From: Octopus bimaculoides
Lineage: Eukaryota
Reading direction: 5' to 3'
Assembly: GCF_001194135.2 (NCBI RefSeq)
Contig: NC_068988.1
Location: forward strand, 69,686,736-69,719,999
DNA: 33,264 nt
The translations under genes were made by a program, and so were the position numbers. Under the pieces are notes generated by a model. The model made no database searches and had not been told where the DNA came from. It saw nothing but the letters and a program-made list of their open reading frames with translations. Of this stretch, positions 1 to 9,759 are shown piece after piece (within the stretch, counting starts at the first letter, position 1; each line of letters begins with the position of its first letter).

Positions 1-48
<48 letters not shown>

Positions 49-260
49 CGTATGTGTGTATATATATATATATATTTATATACACACAATTATCTGTGTG
101 TATGTATAAATATATATGTATGTATATATATTTCCGTCTCTTTCTCCCTTTCTGGTTATATACATGCATGTATATATATATGTGTGTGTGTGTGTGTGTG
201 CATGTGTTTACATTAATTCACACACATATACATAAGCATACACATGTGTGAGTGTGTGAA
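1..260. repeat. Compound (TA)n/(TG)n microsatellite
   Basis: Direct reading of TA and TG dinucleotide runs. Confidence 0.95.
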
Positions 261-817
261 TGTTTGCACATAGGTGCATGTTTGTTTACATTTCTTAGAT
301 TGATGAAATCTGTAAAATATGCTTTGCTTGGAAAAAGCAATAATATTTTGAAAACAAATGAGTTTATTATTTAATTTCATATATATAGATTTAAAAATGT
401 CTGTGTGAAACTGATAGGCAAAATTCAATTTACGATAAAAATTTGCAGCTTCATTTTGAATAAAATACCAGTCATTTCAGCAAAACCTTTTGATACAGTA
501 TCTACATTTAGCATATCTTACCGTCACTCACTTCATCTCTGTTTCTTGCTTTACTCTCGTTTTCCCAGTAGTAATTGATTAGACATAAGGGTGTTTGTAA
601 ATTATCTTTACAACTCCCACACTACTGAACTTCATATTGTAAGAGTAATTTATCATTCCCCCCACCCCACACACACAACCCATTTTTAGAAACAAAATCC
701 ATAATGAGCCTGTCAGAGGTCAGATTAGTTGAAAATACATGAAAGATTTTAGTTATTATCAATTTTATTTAGCGTTATTAGTGGTCAACGTACGAGCAAA
801 CTTGATTTTTATAAGTA

Positions 818-853
<36 letters not shown>

Positions 854-960
854 CATATATAATTTTTCATAGAAAACCACGTAATCATTACCAATATAGC
901 AAGAGATTTCACTGCAAAAGAGTCTAAATTAGACTCCTTAGGGATCGTTCTCCTTGTTTA

Positions 961-1307
961 TATATATCCAAAGTTTTAAATTTAAATTTAAGAGAGAGAT
1001 TTGACGCTAATATCCATTATTATTGTAATTTATTCCTGTCAACATTTCTGTATAAAGCTATATTTGACCGTCAAATTTAAGTCAAACATATAAGTTGCCT
1101 TACACGTCTTCAGGGAATACATTTGAGAACAAACAAAAATCAATTTGTTCTCAAATGTATTCCCTGAAGACGTGTAAGGTAACTTATATGTTTGACTTAA
1201 ATTTGATGGTCAAATATAGCTTTATAAAGAAATGTTGACATAGGAATAAATTACAATAATAATGGATATTAGCGTCAAATCTCTCTTAAATTTAAATCTA
1301 AAACTTT

Positions 1308-1316
<9 letters not shown>
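961..1316. repeat. Long palindrome, arms ~961-1133 and 1144-1316, 10-nt loop, flanked by (TA)n
   Basis: Manual reverse-complement comparison gives ~173-bp arms with 4 substitutions and two 2-nt indels; loop caaaaatcaa (1134-1143). Confidence 0.95.
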
Positions 1317-1341
<25 letters not shown>

Positions 1342-1370
1342 GTAAAAATATGTGACACTTCAGTATCCAT

Positions 1371-1432
1371 GATAAAACCCTGAGTTTCCGATGCCCGGGC
1401 GGTGTTCCGCTCCAAACATCTCTTCAGTTATC
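1371..1432 (-). ncRNA. Type I hammerhead-ribozyme-like motif (non-canonical)
   Basis: Minus strand reads GAUAA-CUGAAGA-[GAUGUUUGGAGCGG aaca CCGCCCGGGCAUC]-G-GAAAC-UCAGG-GUU-UUAUC. Core, 13-bp helix II and 5-bp helix I are present. There is one extra G before GAAA, and helix III is too short to close as a monomer. Confidence 0.45.
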
Positions 1433-1529
1433 CAGCCACCGGAGGTTATGTATATATATATATATACATATATATTCGTGTACATACATGCATTTACATA
1501 TATATAGATATAGATATACATGTCTTTCA

Positions 1530-1930
1530 TCTCTTATGTTCCTGCCATAAGGCTTCAGTTCCAAAAAATGCCAGCTATTACATCCTTAGTCGAAAGACAC
1601 CTGTTGTTAATGTTCTGTAGTTTGTATTTGTAATTGTGTAGCATTTCTGTTTTTTTTTTTTGTCCTTGTTTTCGTATACATTCACTTGTTTTCTTCCAAA
1701 GAATTTAGTGCTCTTAGCTTAGATTTTATTCAGGCTGTCCAGATTGGAGCAGTCTCAAGTGTAACTGGCCAAAACTGCAATGACGAACTTGAACTCGAAT
1801 GATGATAGAAACCTTCGAGTGACCCATCCTTGTTTTTCCCTGTCCTTTTTCGTATCATCTAACTATCCAGATGTTTTGTTATCGCCTGTTATATTTTTGT
1901 TCTATTTTTTGTTTTGTTTTTTTTTATATA
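1530..1930. repeat. Unclassified CpG-containing interspersed repeat, possibly Penelope-like terminal repeat
   Basis: Internal hairpins (CTTATG/CATAAG 1533-1551; ACTCGAA/TTCGAGT ~1793-1820), a CTGAAG core on the minus strand and T-rich segments. The classification is inferred. Confidence 0.3.
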
Positions 1931-1984
1931 TACATATAGCAGCATACATACCCTGTTGGTCTTACTTATGTATATATATATTGT

Positions 1985-2195
1985 TATGCGACCTAGAGGT
2001 TTGATTCTTGGGTCAAATGGCATATTGTATCCTTCAGCAAGGTACTTCATTTCACATTACTCCAGTTTCCTCAGCTGACAATGAGTGCCAGTCAAGTGCT
2101 AGTGCAGCCCTCTTTCCTCAAATGTCACAAGCTCTATGTTCTACAGCTCATAGGGGAGGGAGGCCAAAAGGGCCTCTGTGTCCACTCACAATTAC
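1985..2195 (+). mobile_element. Degenerate tRNA-derived SINE (CORE-like body)
   Basis: B-box-like ggtttgattc followed by gtatccttcagcaaggtacttcatttcacattactccag, which resembles the CORE-like TGTCCTTGRGCAAG motif. Confidence 0.6.
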
Positions 2196-2235
2196 CTTAC
2201 TAATAGTTACTAGGAAATTAGTAATTATCGGACAA

Positions 2236-2328
2236 TCTACTAAGGGCTACAAACCAAATCTGTTGCTGGTACAAAGCACCAACCAGACCAAGGGTGATAT
2301 TCCAGAGGAACAATGAGGTAGACAGAGC
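2236..2328 (-). CDS. Candidate exon (possible last coding exon) of putative minus-strand gene
   Basis: Strong polypyrimidine acceptor tttcttcgcttttaAG at 2330-2329. The phase-1 frame reads SVYLIVPLEYHPWSGWCFVPATDLVCSP*. The 3' boundary is uncertain. Confidence 0.25.
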
Positions 2329-2386
2329 CTTAAAAGCGAAGAAACAGGCATAGAAAGACAGGAAATATAATGGAAGTAGGAACTAT

Positions 2387-2535
2387 GTCTGTATGTATGC
2401 GTGTATGTATGCATGCATGTATGTATGTGTATGTATGTGTGTGTGTGGGTGTGTATGTCTGTTCAAAAGTATGTTTGCATGTATATATGTATGCACTATG
2501 TATATATGTAGATACATACTTATATACATACGTAC

Positions 2536-2566
<31 letters not shown>

Positions 2567-2575
2567 TGTTGGTAG
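2387..2575. repeat. (TATG)n/(TG)n microsatellite
   Basis: Direct reading. Confidence 0.95.
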
Positions 2576-2756
2576 GTAGTTGTTGTGTATATGTGTACAT
2601 ATAAGTTGACAGTGTTGTATTTGGCTGAAGTAACTTGCTCTTATTCATGTGTTTGTAAGATTATTATGATGACAACAAAGAATATATCACTGCTACTGTC
2701 ACTATTATTGCTGATATGATAATAATGATAATGATAAGGACAGTGATGACATTTAC

Positions 2757-2930
2757 TCCCTGCCCCTTGATTCTGTTTTGCATCTAATAGCTCTTTGGGG
2801 TTTTTATTTTCCTCTCGAATGAATAAGAAATCTTGAGACAGGAAGATCTTATGGAATTTATTACCCACATGATAGTTAGATCTAATGGAATTTAAATTTT
2901 TAAACTCTTGTTTAATTATTTTCATCTTGT
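2757..2930 (-). CDS. Candidate exon, unknown protein (KMKIIKQEFKNLNSIRSNYHVGNKFHKIFLSQDFLFIREENKNPKELLDAKQNQGAG)
   Basis: Acceptor tttttctctggttAG (2932-2931) and donor GTAAAT (2756); 174 nt, phase 1 to 1, open frame. Confidence 0.35.
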
Positions 2931-3114
2931 CTAACCAGAGAAAAAGGATGTAAAAGAGGAGGTTTCAGTGATATTTTTAGACTTTGTCTGGCTGGCGACA
3001 CTGAGGCCTTTGAGAGGGTAGAGTAGAGAATATAGTGTACTAGGGGACTGTCCTGGGATTTCAGTCACAAAACTTTTTTGTACCATATCAATTTCATGCA
3101 AGACAATTTTTTAC

Positions 3115-3297
3115 AAACCAAGGGAGCATGCACATAACAAAACATAAAATAGGGCATGATATATAATTTTATTATTACATCTACAAGGCAAACTTCAGTA
3201 GTCAATAAAATTTCAAAATTCATTCTTTCTACGTGGCCCGGTATCAAATGCTCTGCAGCTTTATACTCATCCATGACCTCATTGCTGAGGAACCTTG
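3115..3297 (-). CDS. Candidate exon, unknown protein (RFLSNEVMDEYKAAEHLIPGHVERMNFEILLTTE...)
   Basis: Acceptor tttttttacAG (3299-3298); only one frame is open (phase 1). Donor is uncertain: GTAAAA at 3114 (phase 1), or 3193 or 3178 (phase 0). Confidence 0.5.
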
Positions 3298-3778
3298 CTG
3301 TAAAAAAATATGTGAATAAATGTTCTAAAATTTGTCTGCGAGACCCAGGGTGAGACTGATGTAGTTAATGTTTAGTTTGAACTATTTTAGGTTGACATCT
3401 ATTGGGAAAATGTGAGTGGTAGCGAGGTTGGGAATTCCAGAAGATTGCATTTGTATGGAATAAGGACTAGGTGATACAGTTTGTGCAGGGTTTTAAGGAA
3501 AAGGGGAAGTACAGTAAAAGTGATGGAATCAGAGGAAATGTATTTTTGGTGACCATGCATGGAGGGATTCTGCTAGCCAGTTCGTTGTTAGCAATTGTTT
3601 ATAGTGGTAACAGCAACATAATAGGGTGGTGGTGGTGATGGTTGTAGTGGTGCTGCCATTGCCGCAACTTGTAATAGGAGGAACAGAGAGAAGAGACACA
3701 ACAGTGTAAATCTGTGTAACAACAACTGAATAAGATATATACTGATATTGTTCAAAACAATTTTATAGTTATGCGTAC

Positions 3779-3854
3779 AGACAAAAATTGGTTGAGGAAG
3801 GGAACAATGAATTACATTGACTCCAGCTGATATAAATGCTACTAATTTATCAAT
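3779..3854 (-). CDS. Candidate exon, unknown protein (IDKLVAFISAGVNVIHCSLPQPIFV)
   Basis: Strong acceptor tttttttttcttccaAG (3856-3855), phase 0. Donor GTACGC at 3778, or GTATAT at 3742; both are phase 1 and match the next exon. Confidence 0.5.
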
Positions 3855-4125
3855 CTTGGAAGAAAAAAAAAGACATAATTGGACTTCAGTACGAATTGGA
3901 TTCAAAATGTAGAGACATCGTGATTACTTTTTTTTTTTAATGAGAAATATGCACTCATATATAATATGTAACAAAAGATATGGGTAAGGAGTTTTGAGAA
4001 AAATATTTTTTGTGTATAATACACAAAGACATCTTTTAGTATTATGATATATAGATAAATGAATATTTAGTCAGATTTATTATAATTGCTGTATAAACAT
4101 AATGAAAATGTTAACACATTCATTT

Positions 4126-4500
4126 GCATGGTTGTCTGGTAAAAAGTTTTGCTTCCCAACCACATGGTGCTGGGTTCAGTTCCAATGTGTGGCACCTTAG
4201 GTAAGTGTCTTCTGCTATAGCTCCAAACCAACCAAAGACTTGTAAGTGGTTGGGGAGACATAAATTGAAAGAATATACAGTCAGTCAAGAGTTCTGCTCT
4301 GTGAGTGTTTTTGGATTTGTCTGGCAACGCTGCTTTAGAACCAGTGTTCGTTTATTTACATCCTAGTAGCTTAAAAGTTCAGCAAAAGAGATCAATAGAA
4401 TAAGCATCAGGCTTAAAATAAGTACTGGGGTTAATTTAACTAAAACTCTTCAAGATGGCATCCCTGCATGGCCACAGTCCAGTGACTGAGACAAGTAAAG
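4126..4500 (+). mobile_element. SINE family A (tRNA head, CORE-like GCACCTTGGGCAAGTG, 3' end ...TGACTGAAACAAGTAAAAG), degenerate full-length copy
   Basis: Shares head (cttcccaaccacatgg...ggttcagt), body and 3' end with copies at 6884, 14110, 25125 and 30400. Confidence 0.85.
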
Positions 4501-4582
4501 GACAAAATATCTTGGATGTATCCTAAGAAAAAAGTAAATTTATAAATTGACTTTTTGACTCAATCAGTCTAGGTTGTAAAAA

Positions 4583-5847
4583 TATGTGAGGGTCGGCTGA
4601 AAATTTCATAGGCTGACCAAAATGCTCTCATAAAATGTGACCAAATGGGGTTTAGTTTTCAGCATAGTTCCCCATGTGGTTCACACACTTCTTTCATTGG
4701 TGTTGCAGTGCTTGGATCCCATTGGTGAAGAAACCTTCATCGTGTTGGTCCAAAAAGTCATCAACAGCTGATATAATGTCATCATCACTGAGACACTAGT
4801 TCCCAGCAAAGTGTTTTTTCCTGTTGGGGAACACATGATAATCAGATGGGACCAAATCAGGAGAATAGGGAGGGTGATCAACCAATTCAAGGTCACAGTC
4901 ATGCACAGAACCCATTGAAAGCAAGGAGCTGTGTGTTAGAGTATTGTCCTGGTGAAACAAGATCCCTTTCACCAGTTTTGGCATTTGGTCTTGATATCCT
5001 TTCGTAACTGCCTCAGTACAATTAGCATAGTACTCTCCATTGATGGTGTGGACCTTTTGAAGACAGCTATTAAAAACAATTAAAAATTGAGGCCATCAGC
5101 TTCCCTGCAGATGAAACAATGTTGGTCTTGTTTGGAGCAGTTGAGGTGGGATGTTTCCTCTGCATGGGTTGTCTCTTTGTCTCTGACTCAAAGTGATGAA
5201 CCCACTACTCATCCTGGGTTAGGAAACATCCAATGAAACAGCTGGATCTACCTCAAACAATGTCAGATTTTGCAATGGTGTAATCAACTTGGTACACTTT
5301 TATCAGGTGTCACACGTAGCACTCACAGAACAGAAACCTTTTGTTGTGTCAAGTTTCTTGTTCAGAATATTCTCATCTCTCTCACAGCATAGGCTAATAA
5401 CATTGACTGTCTGATTTATCATTGACTATTTGCTTGTTATCCATCACCATATGATGAACTCAATCAATGTTTCTTTGGTGGTGGCAATTGCAGGACGTCC
5501 AGTCTTTGGGTCTTCATCATAGCCCTATCTTCCCTTCCTAAATTCAGCTGCCCACTTTTGTACTGTTGACAAAACTGGAGTGTCATCCCTAATGTAGCTA
5601 GCATCTCAGCATGAATGGCTTTGAGGGCTAAACCTTTTCTTTGTAGGTGAACACCACGGTGCCAAATTTTGTCCATTTTCAAGAGAAGTCACTACTAGTT
5701 ACTTTTGAACAGTCGGGTATCAGTTTACCTTGAAAAAAAACCGATGTTGTTTTTAATAAAGAGAGTTGAGATTTATGCATGCAAGATTTCACAGTTCTAG
5801 CATCACTCCCTCATAATCAGCTTATGAACTATCATATCTACTGTCAA
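4583..5847 (-). mobile_element. Near full-length decayed mariner DNA transposon (~1.27 kb)
   Basis: Left TIR gagggtcggctgaaaatttcataggctgac (~4588-4617). The inner half of the right TIR (atcagcttatgaact, 5816-5830) is complementary at 13 of 15 positions. Transposase remnants lie between. Confidence 0.9.
4660..5682 (-). pseudogene. Mariner (Tc1/mariner, DD34D-type) transposase pseudogene
   Basis: N-terminus MKMDKIWHRGV..KGLALKAIHAEMLATLG and catalytic-region motifs HQDNTLTH and HPPYSPDLVPSDYHVF, split across frames by stops and frameshifts. Confidence 0.92.
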
Positions 5848-6201
5848 ATCAACACTATAGAAAAGGCATTATTATGGATTCTCCTTGATAAAAGTCTGCA
5901 TTATGCACAATAAATGCAGTAAAATATTTTGTCCAATACCTTATAATAATTCTACCTGTCTACTCCCCAAAAGAAGGTACGTACAGCAAACTGGTTTTTG
6001 AAATATTCGCTCATCTAAATACTACTCAGGTTCAATGTTTCTTAACTCTGGGGACATAAAACCAAGGATCAGTGTGATAATAAAATGTTAAGTTATCCGA
6101 GCCCAACTGATGACTTGTTGTTGATTAATCCCTTATTCATCAGAGCTATTCTAGACATGCCTGAAAAATAAACCCTAGTATATTACTAGTACTGTGTTTA
6201 C

Positions 6202-6331
6202 ATCCAAAACTTCATGGGTGAAATCAATGAGAGGAAATTCTACATGGTCTCTTGATCTACTAATTATAACAACCAAATTACAGTATTTAAAACGTGAGGG
6301 ACATATTGAGTCATGTAATTCTAAATACACA
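6202..6331 (-). CDS. Candidate exon, unknown protein (VYLELHDSICPSRFKYCNLVVIISRSRDHVEFPLIDFTHEVLD)
   Basis: Acceptor tttttttattcAG (6333-6332) and donor GTAAAC (6201); 130 nt = 1 + 43 codons, open frame, phase 2 to 0. Confidence 0.55.
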
Positions 6332-6439
6332 CTGAATAAAAAAAAGATGGGATGGTCATGGAAAGAATGTCATTGATCATAGGTCCGTTCACTTATACTG
6401 AGTTAACTTATTGTAAATAATAGTACAACAGAAATAACA

Positions 6440-6610
6440 ACCAAGTTTACCTCAAATCACACCTTACTGTTGGAACCTTGGGCACATTGAAAAATGTAGA
6501 TGATAATACACTTAGTCTGAGAAAAGAAAAAGATAGGATGGCTGCAATGCCTTTTGACACAAGTTGGCTTGTTTGATCAGAGCTGACCTGGGAACCATAC
6601 AACAAATACA
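6440..6610 (+). repeat. Unclassified interspersed repeat ending CTGA(C/T)CTGGG..ACAACA
   Basis: Similar organisation and 3' end to 10295-10440; similarity is weak. Confidence 0.35.
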
Positions 6611-6690
6611 GCTGGATTTGAACTCAAATTACTGAATTCACCAAAATAGACACTATGAATAATATCTAATCTCACTAAGCTATCTCACCC

Positions 6691-6790
6691 GCTCAAAACG
6701 TCAAATTCTTTCCATTTCTGAGCGTCCAGTAACACAATATCTGTATCACTACCTCGCGTTGTTGTTTTTTTGTCATTTTTCTTTTTTGAA
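6691..6790 (+). mobile_element. Penelope-like terminal-repeat remnant
   Basis: gctcaaaacgtc matches the GCTCGAAACGTC half of minimal hammerheads with one CpG-type change. The downstream sequence is homologous to 14335-14430 (minus strand). Confidence 0.45.
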
Positions 6791-6795
6791 CTCAC

Positions 6796-6816
6796 TATAT
6801 ATATATATATATATAT

Positions 6817-6876
<60 letters not shown>
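6796..6876. repeat. Compound (TA)n(GA)n microsatellite
   Basis: Direct reading. Confidence 0.95.
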
Positions 6877-6878
<2 letters not shown>

Positions 6879-6883
6879 GTATA

Positions 6884-7268
6884 TTCTTTTAACTTGTTTC
6901 AGTCATTTGACTTCAGCGATGTTGGAGCCCTGCTTTAAAAGGTGTTAGTCGAAGAAAACTACCTCAGAGCTTATTCTTTGTAAGCCTAGTGCTTATTCTA
7001 TTAGTCACTTTTGCTGAACTGCTAGATTATGGGGACACAAACACACCAGCATTGGTTGTCAAGCAATGGCAGCTGGACAAACACAGACACACACAAATAT
7101 ATATGTCTATATTTACAATGGCCTTCTTCATCTTCCGTCTACTAAATCGACTCACAAGGCTTTGGTCGGCCCAAGGCTATAGTAGAAGACACTTGCCCAA
7201 GGTGCCATGCAGTGCGACTGAACATGGAACTATGTGGTTGGGAAGCAAGCTTCTTATGACACAGCCAA
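6884..7268 (-). mobile_element. SINE family A, full-length copy
   Basis: Reverse complement of the family A head (gacacttgcccaaggtgcc...gtggttgggaagcaagcttctta) and 3' end (ttttaacttgtttcagtcatttgac). Confidence 0.9.
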
Positions 7269-7289
7269 GCCGGTGCCTTCACACAGCCG

Positions 7290-7456
7290 TGCCTGTGCCT
7301 CTCTGAGTGGTTGGCGTTAGGAAGGGCATCCAGCTGTAGAAACTCTGCCAAATCAGACTGGAGCCTGGTGTTGCCATCCGGTTTCACCAGTCCTCAGTCA
7401 TATCGTCCAACCCATGCTAGCATGGAAAGCGGACGTTAAACGATGATGATGATGAT
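7290..7456 (+). mobile_element. 5'-truncated retroposon with GGAAGGGCATCC...CCCATGC.AGCATGGAAA.CGGACGTTAAA(GAT)n tail
   Basis: Same tail as at 9920-10070, 11440-11575, 12050-12155, 21930-22025 and 27961-28140; ends in (GAT)n. Confidence 0.85.
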
Positions 7457-7459
7457 ATA

Positions 7460-7490
<31 letters not shown>

Positions 7491-7645
7491 GAGTGTGTAT
7501 GTGTGTGTGTTTATAGATTGTAAGTATATGTGTGTATATTTATGCTTGTGTATGTTCGTGCATGTGTATGCATGTGTGTTTCTGTTTCAGTCTGTTATCT
7601 CACCAATCCTCAGGAATCAGGTTTCTTTACCAATATTGATCTTAC

Positions 7646-7703
7646 AAAGCCATTGTTTTACAAGGTTGACAGAGGATTCGATTGATTATTGATATGTGAT
7701 CTC
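7646..7703 (-). CDS. Candidate exon, unknown protein (DHISIINRILCQPCKTMA)
   Basis: Strong donor GTAAGA (7645); acceptor cAG (7705-7704) is pyrimidine-poor; 58 nt, phase 1 to 2, joins the 6331 exon in frame (MA-F-VYLE). Confidence 0.45.
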
Positions 7704-7721
7704 CTGTTGTTTTAGTTTGAT

Positions 7722-7846
7722 TCACACAGATGCACACACATGTATACATATGTATAAATGCACAAGAGTGTTCTCCCCCTCTCTCTCTCTCACTCTCTGA
7801 ATACATATATAATATACATTTATATGTATATGTGTGTATATATATT

Positions 7847-7891
<45 letters not shown>

Positions 7892-8300
7892 TTATGTACG
7901 TGTGTGTGTATATATACACACACATACACACTCTCACACATTATTACACATACATTTGTGTGTGCGAGTGTGTGTGTCTGTGCCAGTGACTGTAAGAATG
8001 TGACTATGATGAGATTATCTATATCCGTTGATATGTGAAAGTATTGCATGTGTCAATATACATACACACACGTACTTGCATACAGACTTAATACATACAC
8101 ACACACACACATGTGCACATCAGCGAATATATGCATGTTACTTAATTTGTTAATCAGTGTGTATATAGGTATGAGCATACATACATGCATACAAATACAT
8201 GTGTATCTATGTACACACACTTCTACATATTCATATTTGCCCGTGTGTGCAGCCATATGTGCATGTGTTCACTTATACACCTGCTTTCATGTGTATGTTC
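7722..8300. repeat. Compound (CA)/(TA)/(TG)/(CT) microsatellite field
   Basis: Direct reading. Confidence 0.9.
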
Positions 8301-8841
8301 ATTGTTTTTTTAACATATTAAATATTTTCTCCCTAGCTAACAAAACTCTTCTCTTTTTCTGCTGGAACTGAAGAGAAATAGACAAAAGAGACAAAACTGT
8401 AAAAAAAAAAAAAAGACAAAAGTAGACAAAGGGGGAAAAAAGAGAATAAACACAAATTAGACAAAGAAAAGAAGCAGTCTACAGAAATTTTAGAAATATT
8501 GTCAAAAATGTCACTTGGTTCTAATCCAACAAGGTAACTAGATTCTAGTGTAAATTTCTATTGTAAACTACTGACAAGAAGAACAACAATATCAGAAGCA
8601 AAATGGTGAAGAAACAGTAGGCAGCACAAAAGAACAACACCAACAGAAATGGTATGAGACATAAACAACAATAAAGTCATTGTTACTAATTAAGTCGTAT
8701 AAAAATGTGTATTTTATTACTGATGGTGAAACATTTTGAAGTGAATGCACAGCACTGCGCCAGTATTCCATGACCACCCCACTTCATAAATGCCATTCCA
8801 CCAACATTGAGCCTAATTCGACATCAATGTAAGTAAATACA

Positions 8842-9490
8842 ATGCCACACCTCCATCATGCCACCACCACCACACCACCATGCTATGACACCACTCCATA
8901 CACCATACCACCACATCATCACCAGCACAGACCACCACCACCACCACCAAATTATCATATTACACAATACCATCACACAACACCCCTACCACCAAACCAC
9001 AACACCACACTGCAACATCCTCCTGCATCAATATTTATTCACAAAAGCAAAAAAAAAAAAAAANNNNNNNNNNAAAAAAAAAAAAAAAATGTTGTGGCAT
9101 TTATTTCTTAATTTTTATTTGGATTTTTGTTGATTTATTTTTCAATTTTTTTTTTTGATATTTTCATACTTTCTTCAGTAATGTATTTAATAGTGTGGCA
9201 CAGTTACTACCACTGTAATTACAATTGCTTACTACTACTGCCAACAGCACCATCACTGCTATTATTATCACTTTTAGAAGATCAACTGCATCTATATCTA
9301 CCACCACCATCACTACAATACATTTCAACTCCATCACCACATTACCACAATAACAGCTACAACAACTGCTACTGTAACTACCCCTACAACACTTTATACT
9401 GATTCCGCATCACATCCTATCACAACCTAACCTTTATAAATAAACAAGCAATCCTAATATAACCTACATCACACCAACTACTAATGGTAT
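8842..9490. repeat. (CAC/CTA)-rich low-complexity trinucleotide region around poly-A and a gap
   Basis: Degenerate ACC/ACT triplet runs at 8842-9030 and 9200-9490. Confidence 0.8.
9064..9073. other. Assembly gap (10 N) inside a poly-A run
   Basis: N characters. Confidence 1.
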
Positions 9491-9759
9491 CACCATAATA
9501 GCTGTGAGGTGGAGAACCAAATTAAAGAAGGTTTTATAGAATTAACCCCTTTTCTGCAGAAATCTGATATATCCAGTACAAATTTTACAGCAGAAAGTGG
9601 TTTTATGCACTAATCTATCTTTGGTTGAGGACTGTCATGTTTGAAACTAATTTTTGATGAGATATATTCAAGTGACAAGGCAACATGACTTGTGGAAAAT
9701 ATTAATTTATTCTTTGGTAGATATTTAACATCATTACTGGGCCTCACAGAAGTGATAAC

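Noticed and set aside
2008-2316. 102-aa plus-strand ORF as a gene
   Set aside because: The first ~190 nt are a degenerate SINE; no recognisable domain.
2930-3100. Open frame LHEIDMVQKSFVTEIPGQSPSTLYSLLYPLKG on the minus strand
   Set aside because: There is no usable AG acceptor upstream. It would need a 1-nt error in the A6/T6 run near 3107-3112, so it is worth re-checking only if cDNA disagrees with the model.
6107-6143. CTGATGA...TCATCAG as a hammerhead
   Set aside because: No helix II/GAAA arrangement; only a 7-bp inverted repeat.
8700-8830. Possible exon (minus-strand AQCWWNGIYEVGWSW... or plus-strand segment ending at GTAAGT 8829)
   Set aside because: Frames are ambiguous, it adjoins CAC low-complexity sequence, and it is not needed for the phase-consistent chain.
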